NCBI RefSeq assembly: GCF_964204645.1
Contig: NC_134034.1
Coordinates: 6,298,914 to 6,362,913, forward strand
DNA length: 64,000 bases
Direction of reading: 5' to 3'
DNA from: Tubulanus polymorphus
Lineage: Eukaryota > Animalia > Nemertea
The position numbers were made by a program, and so were the translations under genes. The stretch's first letter is position 1; every line of letters starts with the position of its first letter. The notes beneath the pieces were generated by a model, which was not told the origin of the DNA, searched no databases, and saw nothing but the letters and a program-made list of their open reading frames with translations. This document shows, piece by piece, positions 51,281 through 62,700 of this stretch.

Positions 51281-54200
51281 GAAGAGAATAAGACAGAATA
51301 AATTGATGTTAATGAAAATCAATATCATTGTCCATATTGTAAAAAATACATTGATAAATCTCAAAAATCGCGTCATGAAAAGTCTTCAAATCATATAAAA
51401 AATGTAATAGATTTTGAAACTCCAGAAAATTCCAATGAAAGAAAAGAACGATTAGAAAATATGAATGTGGATGAAATAAAATGTGAAGTTTGTAATGAAT
51501 TTATAGTAAAAAGGAATTATAATAGACATCTCGAATCACAAAAACACCATCAAAATTTGAGTAATAATGTTTTAGGAAAAGATTATTTCGATGATAAACC
51601 TCAAAAAGTAAAAAAACCAACTTCAAAAACTAAATCCATTTCAAATAAACCTTACATGGAAAATGTTAGAAATTATATTGATTCACTAGAAATAAAAGAT
51701 ACAATTGAAATTTTAGAAACATTACATAGTAAAATTGGTCCTGCAGCTATTATATTTAGATTCTTTAAAGGTACAACAATAGAAGATTATAGTAAATTTA
51801 ATGAAATAATAGAAAAAATACTAGATTTGATAACAGATGTTGAATATCCAAAAATTAGTATCTCTGGGAAAGTAAGTTTTATAAAGTCAGAAGAAAAAAT
51901 GAATTATAATATTCAAACACACTCTGAAGAAATAATTTCAAAAACACAAATAAAAGAGAAGTTAGAAAAAATATTTAATGGATTTAAACGTCATATTGAA
52001 AAAAGATATTTTGAGGGTTCTGGCTTAACATTGAATGAAATTATATTTTTAGATTTAAATATTTATAATACAAAAAGAAATAAAACATCAAAAAGTAAAA
52101 CAATGTTTAAAAATGATTCAAACTTTACAACAGAAAAGGATATTAAAGCATCATCTTATATTAAATTACCATTTACGACAAAAGCAGTAATAAATATTCA
52201 AAATGAAGATAATAAATGTTTTCTATGGTCAATTATTAGTTGCTTACATCCAACACAGGAAAATGTTCGTAGAATAACAGATTATCGGAAATATGAAACA
52301 TTATATAAAATTGATCAATATCCAGTAACTATAAAAATGATACCCAAAATAGAAAAAATTAATAAGTTAAAAATAAATATATTCGAATTAATGCAATTAC
52401 CAAAGACAAAAGGTGAAAATATTAAAGATTATACATTGGAAGCTTTATATTTAACAGAATATTATGATGATGAAATTGCTATAGATTTGTTATATTACAA
52501 AAAAAATGAAAATGAACATTATATGTGGTTAAAACAAATTGATTTATTCTTTAGAACAGAAAGTGATTTTAACAGCCATAAAATTTATCTATGTAGAAAA
52601 TTTAGAACTGAGAATGCGTTACTAAAACATAAAGAATTATGTGATAATAAAGATTTTTGTAAATTAATAATGCCAACAGAAAAAGATTATAAATTGAAAT
52701 TTACTAATCATAAATTTAAGAATATTGTTCCATTTGTAATTTATGGGGATTTTGAATCGTTGAATAAAGAATTAACTGATCAAGATAGAAAAGAAATATA
52801 TAACAAAAAGCAATTATTAAAATCAATGGATAAAGGAAATGAATTAAATGAAGACACAATACAAGACCCACCAATTATAAATACAATTAAAAAAGTTCAT
52901 CAAAGAGCTGATGCTTATGGAATTTACATCAAATCAAATTATCCCGAATTATATGAAAGTCAATATATTTCTTTTAGAGGTGAAAATGTAGTTAATGATT
53001 TTTGTGACAAAATGATTGAATTAGAAAGTGATTTTGCAAAATTATTAAACAAAAATAAAAGAATAGTTATGACAAAAGAAGATGAAATTGATTTTAATTA
53101 TGCAACTCATTGTTGTTATTGTGAAAAACGTTTTTATTCATTTGATAAAAAAGTTAGAGATCATAATCATTTAAATTCAAAATATCGTGGAGCTGCTCAT
53201 GAAGATTGTAATTTACAAGCTAAGAAAGTTAATTTCGTACCAATATTATTTCATAATTTATCAGGCTATGATACCCATCTATTTATAAAACAATTATCGG
53301 GAAAATTTGGGGCAATTAATCAAGAAATAGAAGAATATAATGTTATGAATGGTACAAATGTAAGAAAATATGATTTTAAACTATTAGCTAAGACATCTGA
53401 AAATTATATTTCATTTCAATTTGGTTGCATTAGATTTTTAGATTCTTATAGATTTCTAGCAAGTTCATTAGATAATTTATCAAAAAGTTTAGTTGATAAT
53501 GATTTTGTTATAACTCGATATTATTATCCAAATGAACAAGATTTTAAATTATTGAGATATAAAGGCGCAATTCCTTATTCATTTTATAAAACACATGATG
53601 ATTTTAATGTAACAAAATTATTAAAAGATCAATTTTATGATCAATTAAAAGAGGAGTATGTGAAAGATGAAGTGTTTTATAGAACATTAAATATTTGGAA
53701 CCATTTTAAGATGAAAAATCATGGTGAATTAGTTGATTTATATTTAAAATCAGATGTTATGATATTGGCTGACATATTTGAAAAATTTAGAGAAGTTAAT
53801 TTGAATAATTTTAATGTTGATCCTTGTTATTGCTACTCTAGTCCTGGTTTAACCTGGCAATGTGGTTCAAAATATACAAATGTAGAATTAGATTTATTAA
53901 AAGAACCAGACATGGTTTTATTATTTGAAAAATCAATTAGAGGTGGAATTAGTGGTGTTATGGGAGATAGGTATTTTAAAGCAAATGATGAATATAAATT
54001 ATTATATATTGACGCCAATAATTTATATGGTTGGGCAATGATGCAACCTCAACCATATAAAAATTTTATATTAACAGAAGTTGAAAAAAATAACAAAACT
54101 GATTGGGAAAGCGCAATTGCGAGTATAAAAGATGAAGCACCAATTGGTTATTTCTTTGTAGTTGATTTAGAATATCCTGAAAATATAAAGTTTAAAACAA

Positions 54201-56327
54201 GAAACTTACCTTATTGCCCAGAACATTTAACTGTAGATGATAGTTATTTAAGTGAATACCAGAAGAAAATAAAACCGAAAGATCATGTTTTTACAGAAAA
54301 ATTAATACTTACTCAAAATAATAAATACAATCATATTGTTCATTATAGAATGTTAAAATTTTATCTAAAACAAGGAATGAAATTAAAGAAAGTACATAGA
54401 TATATTGAATTTAATCAATCGAAGTGGTTAGAAAAATATATAGATTTCAATACTCAACAGAGAACCATATCAAAAACAGATTTTGAAAAAGATTTCTTCA
54501 AATTAATGAATAATAGTTTTTATGGTAAAACATGTGAAAATATTAGAAATAGAAATGATATTGAATTAGTAAATAATTCTGAAAGATTAAGACATTTACA
54601 ATCAAGTCCTAGACATTTAGGAAATAAAAGATTTGAATATTATTTAACAGCAGTTAAATTAAAAAGAACATCAATGAAATTTAATAAACCTATATTTATT
54701 GGTTCGACTGTTTTAGAAGTATCAAAATTATTAATGTATGATTTTTATTATAATGTTTTACAACCACTTTTTGGGGAAAAGCATATTGAAATATTATATT
54801 TTGATTCTGTAACAGCTGACACCCCAATATTATTAAAATGTAATGATAAAATATTGATAAGAAGAATTTCAGAAATAATTCCAAAACAAAATGAATGTTA
54901 TATTTCATATGGAGAAAAAGAATTAATACAAATAAATGGTTTAATGGATGTTTGGACAAGAAATGGATGGAAAAAATTAAAGAATATTATTAGGCATAAA
55001 ACAAATAAGAAAATCTATAGAGTTAGAACTAAATTAGGATTTGTAGATGTTACAGAAGATCATAGTTTAATTAAACGAAATGGTGATGAAATAAAACCAA
55101 CTGATATAAAAATTGGAGATGAATTATTACATAAAAGATTTTTCCAAAGAATGAATCATATGTCATTTGATGAAATTATTGATAATATTTATAATATAGA
55201 ACCCGAAACATTAGAAGAAAAAGAATATTTTATCAAAGGATTTTTCATGGGTGATGGTTCAGCAGGTGTGTATAATTATGTTTGGGGTAATAAATATTGT
55301 TGGTATTTATGTAATCAAGACTTAAAATTATTATAAAGAATTAAGAAATTCTGTGAAGAAGTTTATTCACGTAAAACATTTAGAATCATGGATCATATGA
55401 AATCATCAGCAGTTTATAGAATACTTGTAAATAATCCTAAAGATTTTGCTATAAAATATAATGATGAATTCTATATTCATGCAATAGTGAAAAGTAATAC
55501 TTCAACTAAAGAAAAGATAGTACCAGATTATGTATTAAATGCAAAAAATAATTTAAGAAAGTGGTTCTTCATTGGATTCTATGCCGCAGATGGCACTAAA
55601 AAATTTGCAAAGGAAAAAAGATAACATTTGCACAGAAAGGAAAAGTTGCTATATCAGGATTAAATATATTATGCAGTTCATTAGGATTTAATATGAATAT
55701 AGAATTAATTAAATCTAAACCAAATTGTTTTAATTTAAGGCATGTAGAAAAAGAATTAACAGAAGAAGTTAAAGATTTATTTGAAATATATAACCCAACA
55801 GATTATGTTTATGATTTATCAACAGATGATGGAACATTCAATTCTGGGTTCCCATTAATCCAAAAAAAATACCGACAGTTACATACTAAAAATCAAGACA
55901 AATGACATAACAAAAGACTTAAAAACATTAAAACATCATTTTGATTTTAGCAATTATCCCAAAGATCATGAACTATTTAGCAATGATAAAAAAAAAGATT
56001 CCTGGTAAATTTAAAGATGAATTAGGGGGTGATGAAATGATTGAATTTGTTGGGATAAGAAGTAAAATGTATAGTTATAGAACAAAAGATCATGAAGCTA
56101 AAAAGTTAAAAGGAATAACAAAACATGTGGTTGATAAACATATAGAATTTCAAGATTATATAAAGTGTTTATATAAATCAATTGTAATGAAACACAAAAT
56201 GAATTGTTTAAGGTCAGAAGATCACGAGATGTACATTAATGAAGTTGAAAAAACTAGTTTAAATCCATTTGATGATAAAAGGCATATTTCAGATGATGGT
56301 ATAAAAACATTACCTTAAGGCCATTAA
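51278..56327 (+). pseudogene. Protein-primed family B DNA polymerase (Polinton type) with N-terminal C2H2 fingers, OTU-like region, EndoVII-like insert and an intein
   Basis: In-frame ATG at 51278 (stop at 51299). CPYC..H..H and CEVC..H..H fingers; NKCFLWS..HYMW; Exo I YGDFES; CCYC..VRDHNH..AAHEDCN; Exo II FHNLSGYD; Exo III YLKSDV; Pol YIDANNLYG, KLMNNSFYGK, YFD/[intein]/TDS, GKFKDE, KKLKGI, DDKR. Stops at 51299, 55334 and 56316; frameshifts in A-runs at ~55620, 55862-55869 and 55988-55996. Confidence 0.95.
54806..55870 (+). mobile_element. Intein with LAGLIDADG homing endonuclease (~355 aa) inserted in PolB motif C
   Basis: Block A SVTADTPIL directly after YFD; block B DVTEDHSL; LAGLIDADG-type FIKGFFMGDGS and FFIGFYAADGT; block F YVYDLSTDDGTF; block G LIQKN followed by extein TDSYI (after removing one A from the A8 run). 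Confidence 0.93.
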
Positions 56328-56560
56328 AACATAAAATCAATATCATCATACTCGAAATCACTATTGGCTTCTTCATTTTCATTTAATTGTTCAGGTTCTT
56401 CTTCAATTTCATTTTTCTCATTTAAATAAAGTTCTATCTTGTTCCACATTTCATCTCGCTCTCTTTGTTTCTTTTTGTTTGTTAATTCATCAAATGGAAT
56501 TATAATATCTATGTTTAAATAATTTACAATCTTATTTAAAAAGAATTCATAATTTATTGA
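56324..56560 (-). pseudogene. C-terminal remnant of a poxvirus late transcription factor 3 (VLTF3/A2)-like protein
   Basis: Open 78-residue frame SINYEFFLNKIVNYLNIDIIIPFDELTNKKKQRERDEMWNKIELYL..., resembling the VLTF3 C-terminal NY.F.L.KI...W motif (from recall). 5' part lost at the deletion junction. Confidence 0.6.
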
Positions 56561-56561
56561 A

Positions 56562-57371
56562 TATTGGTGGTTATTGAATATAATTGATATTTTTAGTCGT
56601 TATGTATGGAGTTTCCCACTTTATAGAAAAGATGCTGTACAAACATCAAATGTTTTAAGAAAATTTCTTTCGGATGATAAACTAAAACCAGAAAAAATAC
56701 AATTTGATGATGGAAAAGAGTTTGATAATTCACTTGTTCATGAACTTTTAGATAATCATAATATTAATTATTTTTCAACAAAATCAGATAAAAAAGCAGC
56801 AGTTGTTGAACGATTTAATAGAACATTAAGAACAAGAATGTGGAAATATTTTACAGCAAATAATACTTTTAAATGGATTGATGTTTTACCAAAATTGATA
56901 GAAGGATATAATAATTCTTATCATTCTTCTATTGGAATGAAACCTATTGATGCTAGAAAACCTGAAAATGCTGAAATTGTTTGGAATAATTTATATGGAG
57001 CATTTCTTGTAGATGATTTTGGTGAACCTAAATTTAAAGTTGGTCAAAATGTTAGAATTTCTAAGTATAAAAAGATATTTGATAAAGGATACGATCGAAA
57101 TTTTACTAGAGAAATATATAAAATAAAAAAGGTAATAACAACAAAACCATATGTCTATAAATTAGAAGATTTAGATGGTGAAGAAGTTGATGGCTACTTT
57201 TACGAAGAAGAATTAAGTTTAACTACTGAAAATCTAGAACAAGAATATAAAATTGAAAAAGTATTAAAAACAAAAACTGTTAATAGAAAAAAATATTCTT
57301 TAGTAAAATGGGTTGGATGGCCAGATAAATTCAATGAATGGATATTATCAAGTAAAATTAAAAATATATAA
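56562..57371 (+). pseudogene. Polinton integrase with chromodomain, N-terminally truncated
   Basis: IIDIFSRY, IQFDDGKEF, KAAVVERFNRTL, YNNSYHSSIGMKP, chromodomain LVKWVGWPDKFNEWI. Confidence 0.92.
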
Positions 57372-57980
57372 ATGAATAAGGAATTATTTATATTTGAGCC
57401 TCATAATATGTTAATTTCTGGCGTAACAAATTGTGGAAAAACTTATTTTATATTAAATTTATTAGAAACTGTTTATGAAAACTATTTTGATAATATAGTA
57501 TTATTTTGTCCAACATATGAATTTAATCAAACTTATGATAGAAATATTACTAGAAATAATAAATTTATTATATTAGATCCTAAAACAGTAAAAGAAAATT
57601 TAGATAATTGTATAAAAATAGCAATTGATATTTATAAAGGATCAAATACATTATTTATCATAGATGATTGTGCTAATCTACATGATTCAAAAGTTTGAGA
57701 AAGTGAGTTATGTTATCTAGCTTTCTCTGGGAGACATTTTGGGATAACAACGTGGGTTTTAAATCAAAAATATAATTCAATTGTTAAAGATTTTAGAGAA
57801 AACATTAGATTTCTAGTTTTATTCTACAATAAAGATAGAAAATCGATGAAAAATGCACTTGAGGAAAATGATATTATTCCACATGATTTACATAATGAAT
57901 ATATGGATAAGTTGAAAAATATTAAAAGATCAAAATAACTATTTAGATTACAACACCCATTTAAATATGAATTTATTTAA
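57372..57980 (+). pseudogene. A32/FtsK-type packaging ATPase (single premature TGA at 57696)
   Basis: GVTNCGKT, LFIIDDC, SGRHFGITTWVLNQKY; the frame continues to TAA at 57978-57980. Confidence 0.9.
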
Positions 57981-58256
57981 ATTCAACTGGCTTGTTAATC
58001 TAGTTGAATTCTAGTTACATTCTTGTTGAATTCTAGTTATTAGTAGTTGGAACAAAAATCAACTAGATTTATCAATATTTTAACTAGCTTTTTAATCTAG
58101 TTTAATTCTAGTTACATTCTAGTTGAATTCTAGTTATTGGTAGTTGGAACAAAAATCAACTAGATTTAACAAGAAATAAACAAAAACAACAATATTTCAA
58201 CTAGCTTGCTAATCTAGTTGAATTCTAGTTACATTCTAGTTGAATTCTAGTTGCAA
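57981..58256. repeat. Intergenic array of CTAG/GAATTC palindromic repeats
   Basis: Three units AACTAGCTTG.TAATCTAGTTGAATTCTAGTTACATTCTAGTTGAATTCTAGTT. Confidence 0.85.
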
Positions 58257-58284
58257 CAACACAACTAATTTATTTGTTATATAA

Positions 58285-58890
58285 ATGGGAGGTGAAAAGA
58301 AAATAAAATCTAAAAATGGTGATGTTCCAATTGAAAAAACTTTAGATGATTTAGGAATAACAGAAAACAAATTAATTCCAGATGATGGTGCTTTAAATAA
58401 TGTTACAACAAATAATAATTATGAATATTATCTTTATTGTAAACATCAATTAGAAATATTAATAGCATCTGGAAAATGTAAAAATTTTGTCGGTAAAAAT
58501 TTAACTTACAATGAATTAGATACAATGAAATCAGATGAAATTATTAGATTATTTAAAATTTATGAAGCCGCGAGAACAGCTAGAATTAATGACGCGATAT
58601 CAGAAAATGTAGTAAAGGGTTATAGTAAATTATGTAATTATATACTACCAATTGAAGATGAAAATAGATTATATTCCGATTTAAAAAATGACTATTTAGT
58701 TATGACTGAATTAAATAAATGGATTGGATATTTATCATTTAAATTAGGCGGATTTATGACATTATTATCAACTGGGGTAATAACATTTTCAAATATTGAA
58801 AGTAAAAATATTTCTATAATAAATGAGCGAGGTGGAAGAAGTGAAGGAATTAACTGTGAAGAAAAAACCGAGATCACAGAAACAAATTAA
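58285..58890 (+). CDS. Polinton conserved protein of unknown function (201 aa, intact ORF)
   Basis: TATATAAATG start, open frame, homologue at 24040. Confidence 0.75.
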   Translation: MGGEKKIKSKNGDVPIEKTLDDLGITENKLIPDDGALNNVTTNNNYEYYLYCKHQLEILIASGKCKNFVGKNLTYNELDTMKSDEIIRLFKIYEAARTARINDAISENVVKGYSKLCNYILPIEDENRLYSDLKNDYLVMTELNKWIGYLSFKLGGFMTLLSTGVITFSNIESKNISIINERGGRSEGINCEEKTEITETN

Positions 58891-59190
58891 ATGGTCTCGG
58901 CAATTAGGAATTAAATCACAAGAATATAAAAAAGCTGTAAAAGAAAAAATAAGTAATAAAAATGTTAATAAAATAGTGAAAATATTGTTATTTCTACTCC
59001 TTCTGATAATAGAATATTTGATAAATATTTATATTTTACAGTTGGATTTGTAATTGTATTCATTTTGATTGGGTGTAATTGGTATAAGAAATCAAATAAA
59101 ATTCACGATATTAATAATTCTGAAACAACTGCTATTAAAAATGAAAGTACTTCTGAAATTCCAAAATTGACAATAAAAAAAATGGATTAA
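58823..59190 (+). pseudogene. Small basic/hydrophobic Polinton ORF, frameshifted
   Basis: Homologue of 24579. Confidence 0.6.
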
Positions 59191-59444
59191 TATTTTAGAA
59201 AAAAAGCAAAAAAAAATAATTTTTTTTAATTAATTGAATATTAATTGAATATCTCACTACTTTTGTCTATCACTGTGTGGGTGCCGTTTATGGCACCATC
59301 TATGCGGAGCAATTAAATTGTCCAGATAAGTCATTTCGGATTCTAGATATTCATTATTTTTATTAATTTATTTTTTTAAATTTAATCAACTAATTATAAA
59401 CATTTTTAAGACTAGATGAGTAACAAAAAGAGTAACAAAAAACA

Positions 59445-59660
59445 AACATACATAGGCCTACATAGATACACATACATACATACATACATACACACATACA
59501 TAAATACTTGGTAAATACATACATACATACACACATACATAAATATATACATAAATACTTGGTAACTACATACACGCATACATAAATACATACACACATA
59601 CATAAATACATACACACATACATAGATACACGCACACGCACACACGTATATACAATACAA
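59445..59660. repeat. (TACA)n compound microsatellite
   Basis: Imperfect CATA/CACA repeats. Confidence 0.95.
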
Positions 59661-59710
59661 TAGCAATACAACTTTAAGGCCTCCCTACGTAACAAAACGT
59701 AGTAAGCCTA

Positions 59711-62700
59711 TTACATGCAAGCGAACAAATCGCAAGTCTTTGAAAATTCATCAACTTGAAATGCCATCTGCATCCTCGTATTTACCACCTCAGGCGGTTT
59801 CAAGTTGTTCAGTACATTCTCAACGGGATGCTCTTCGATAATATCCACATCGGGCCAAACGAATAAATTTTTCTTGCAGTGTTGTTCAAGAAACTGAACG
59901 GATATTACTTCTCCGAAGTCCAATATCTCTAGAATCTGCAAGCAGTTAAACATAACAATCACAGGAGAATTGTATTTTTCCTTTCAGATAAAATAATTCA
60001 GCCGATTAATACATACCACTCCAAAGTATAAGTGCTTCCTGCGCTTCTCACCTTCCTGATAAAGGGCAATATATGAACCTTCACTACAAAGTAAGTACCC
60101 CGGTACAAATAAATTATTCATCACTAGTGACTAGATATCTATATTTTATATTTAGAAGCGCAGCAAGTTATTTACCTTATGTTGATTTCGTAAACCATGT
60201 TGACACCACTTGTCTCAGGCACAGGATCCTGAAATTCAGAATTACACATTACAGCCATTCTCAATATGAAATTTTAATTAAACGGTTTAATTTTTGTTCA
60301 ATAAACTTATATATAATTTTAGCCTACCGGTTACCGGGTACCTCAGTTACTCACATTACAAATAAACTGACGAAAGTGAACACATATAACATATTTTTTT
60401 ACTCATATGAACTACGGCTAATTTTTCCTTGTCTGGTCTTGATGGAGCCTGAACAATAAAGGAATACAAAGTATGAATATTATTTTCATTAAATTTGCTC
60501 ATTTCAAGAGATCTTTTTCAACTTACAGGATTAATGGAGCAAGTTCCATTTTGTGGTCTTGTTGAAGCCTGCAAGAGTTTTTATTAATTATTGAATTAAT
60601 TTCTTTATGATGTGTGTTTTTCACCGTTTGATATGAATCGTAGAACTGTTCTTAAACTTACCGTTGTCAAACATTTCTTTTTCCTTCTTTCTAGTTTTTC
60701 CTTTTCTTTTTGTTCTTTCAACTTCTGTTTTGAAACCGCATTTGCATATGCATCATCCGCAGTTAGAATGAAATAACGCTTATCATCGCGTTTTCTTTTC
60801 TTTTCAGTTGGCATCAGTACGGGATAATCAAGCACATCATTGTCGGGATCAGCTAAGTACATAAAAATTAATCAGTAAGTATATGCAATTTGTTTGTAAT
60901 TATATATTATTTATACTGCATATTTACATGGCGAATAAGTATTATCATTATTTTAAAAATGATCTTAACTCTTACCTGGGGATGAGTTATTTTCGATCGG
61001 GAAGCTATCGATAACTTCAGCTGATGATTTAGTTTTCAAAATTTTCCATGCTGAATACAGTGCATCATTAGTCAAGTCACAGCCTTCGGTGTATCGTTCT
61101 TCAAATTTTTTCTTCATTTCCGAGGAAATGGCTGATTCCATTGCCTTTAAGGCAATGGAATGACCATCGATAGTTATAGGCAGTGTCTACAAAATAATAT
61201 GGTCAACCACTGATTGAGAAGATTATAAAACAATTCACAAATTAAAATATCTCATCCATTTGAAATCATCAATAAAATCTGCAATTATCATTTTGAAAAG
61301 GATATATTGTGCTTGGACTTGAGAGACTGAAAAAATCAATGATCATGAAAAAGGTTAGAAACTGTAACACACAATGCAACAAACACTCGAACAGGTCATT
61401 AGTCCAAAAACAATCTAAACAAATTAAATTAATCATAAAAAAGTTGAAGTGAAATTAAATCACTATTCACACCTCACGAAATGGTTTTTCAACTGTTGTC
61501 AATACATAAGATGCAGATTCCTAAGTAAAAAGTAATGTGAAGAAAATTTTTTTTTTTCATCTTTACATTTGATAATATATATGGAACTAGGTTCTCTTAG
61601 ATATATTTTAGATTTTTGTGCAAGTTTTACGAGAAAAATACCTTCGATAATCCTGAAAATGGATCTTGCATCGTTTCAATTGTAGGATCTGATACCTATA
61701 ACCCATTATAAAAAAAAACATGTAGGTACAGTTAACCTCAATTAAGGGCAATACGGGTTACTTATTATTCAGTAACTCACCACATCAGCAACTCTTGTGC
61801 TTGATGGTAAAAAAGCTTCCTTGGGAATTATCTCGGGATTGAATGGAAAAAGACCACATGCTCGAAAACCATTTATAAGGTTCTCCGGGGTTATACTGAG
61901 CCATGTTGGTCTGAAGATCTCAAAGAAACAACTTTTGTTCACTATACGTCCCGGATTTTCGTTATGAAAATTCAAACATAGGCGATTCCATGATGCTTTC
62001 AATGTCTTAAAGCATGATCTTCAAAGAAAGTGAAACATTAATTAGTCAGTTGAGGTCTAATTTCATTGGAAGATGTATTCTTTAATAAAATCTGTAAGAA
62101 GTGTGTTTACCGATCTAAAGGTTGCAACCAATGTGAGGTATGTTCTGGTAATTCTAACAGTGTTACTCCATTTTCTCTTGCCAGCTCGACCAATTCAAGA
62201 AAATTGTGGCTGTTATGTCCATCGGATATCAAAATCTGTGGACGAGCCGCTCCAATAGTAGGTAAAAAATTTTTCTTAAACCAAATCGTTGCAATTCCCT
62301 GTTGAAATCATGAATACATGAAATTTGACAATGCTTTTCACTTCAGGAGCCTGATTCAAAATGTGACTGACAACTAATTACCTGTTTCGTCCAACCACTC
62401 TCCGATACAGAAACTGTCGTACCTGCCGGTGCGTTCATTGTGTCAACTGAGAGTAATGATGCTGCCGTCTTGCCCTTAAAAATAACGTTAGGGGCCAGCA
62501 TCTGCCCAGCAGCATTTCCACATGCCATGATCGTAACTGTTTCGCGATTGCCGCTGATTCGAGATTGAACATACTTGCTCCCTTTTCTGTAAATAAGAGT
62601 TTTGAAAATAAAATTTTCATCGTTATAACGTTCATTCCTAAATCTGTTGTTTTATGACTGTGGTATTGAGTTTCTGTATCTGGATGATTGCTGATAGTCG

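Larger units (their letters stand above)
50941..59390 (+). mobile_element. Polinton/Maverick endogenous virus: left end plus pPolB, large internal deletion, then integrase-ATPase module
   Basis: Begins AGTAATTAG (TIR). pPolB, then a deletion junction at ~56561 into the integrase. 56562-59345 is colinear and highly similar to 22460-25065. Confidence 0.93.

Noticed and set aside
54806-55870. Hedgehog-type Hint domain or group I intron instead of an intein
   Set aside because: It sits in-frame in catalytic motif C, has Ser1 and Asn/Thr+1 junction residues, and contains an internal LAGLIDADG pair.
51278-56327. Endogenised giant virus (NCLDV) polymerase or bacterial/phage contamination
   Set aside because: The extein has the protein-primed Polinton architecture, is linked to an RVE integrase and short TIR, and is flanked by animal transposons with spliceosomal introns. 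Only the intein looks NCLDV-like.
59390-59695. Cys/Val/Met/Tyr-rich ORFs
   Set aside because: Translations of the (TACA)n microsatellite.
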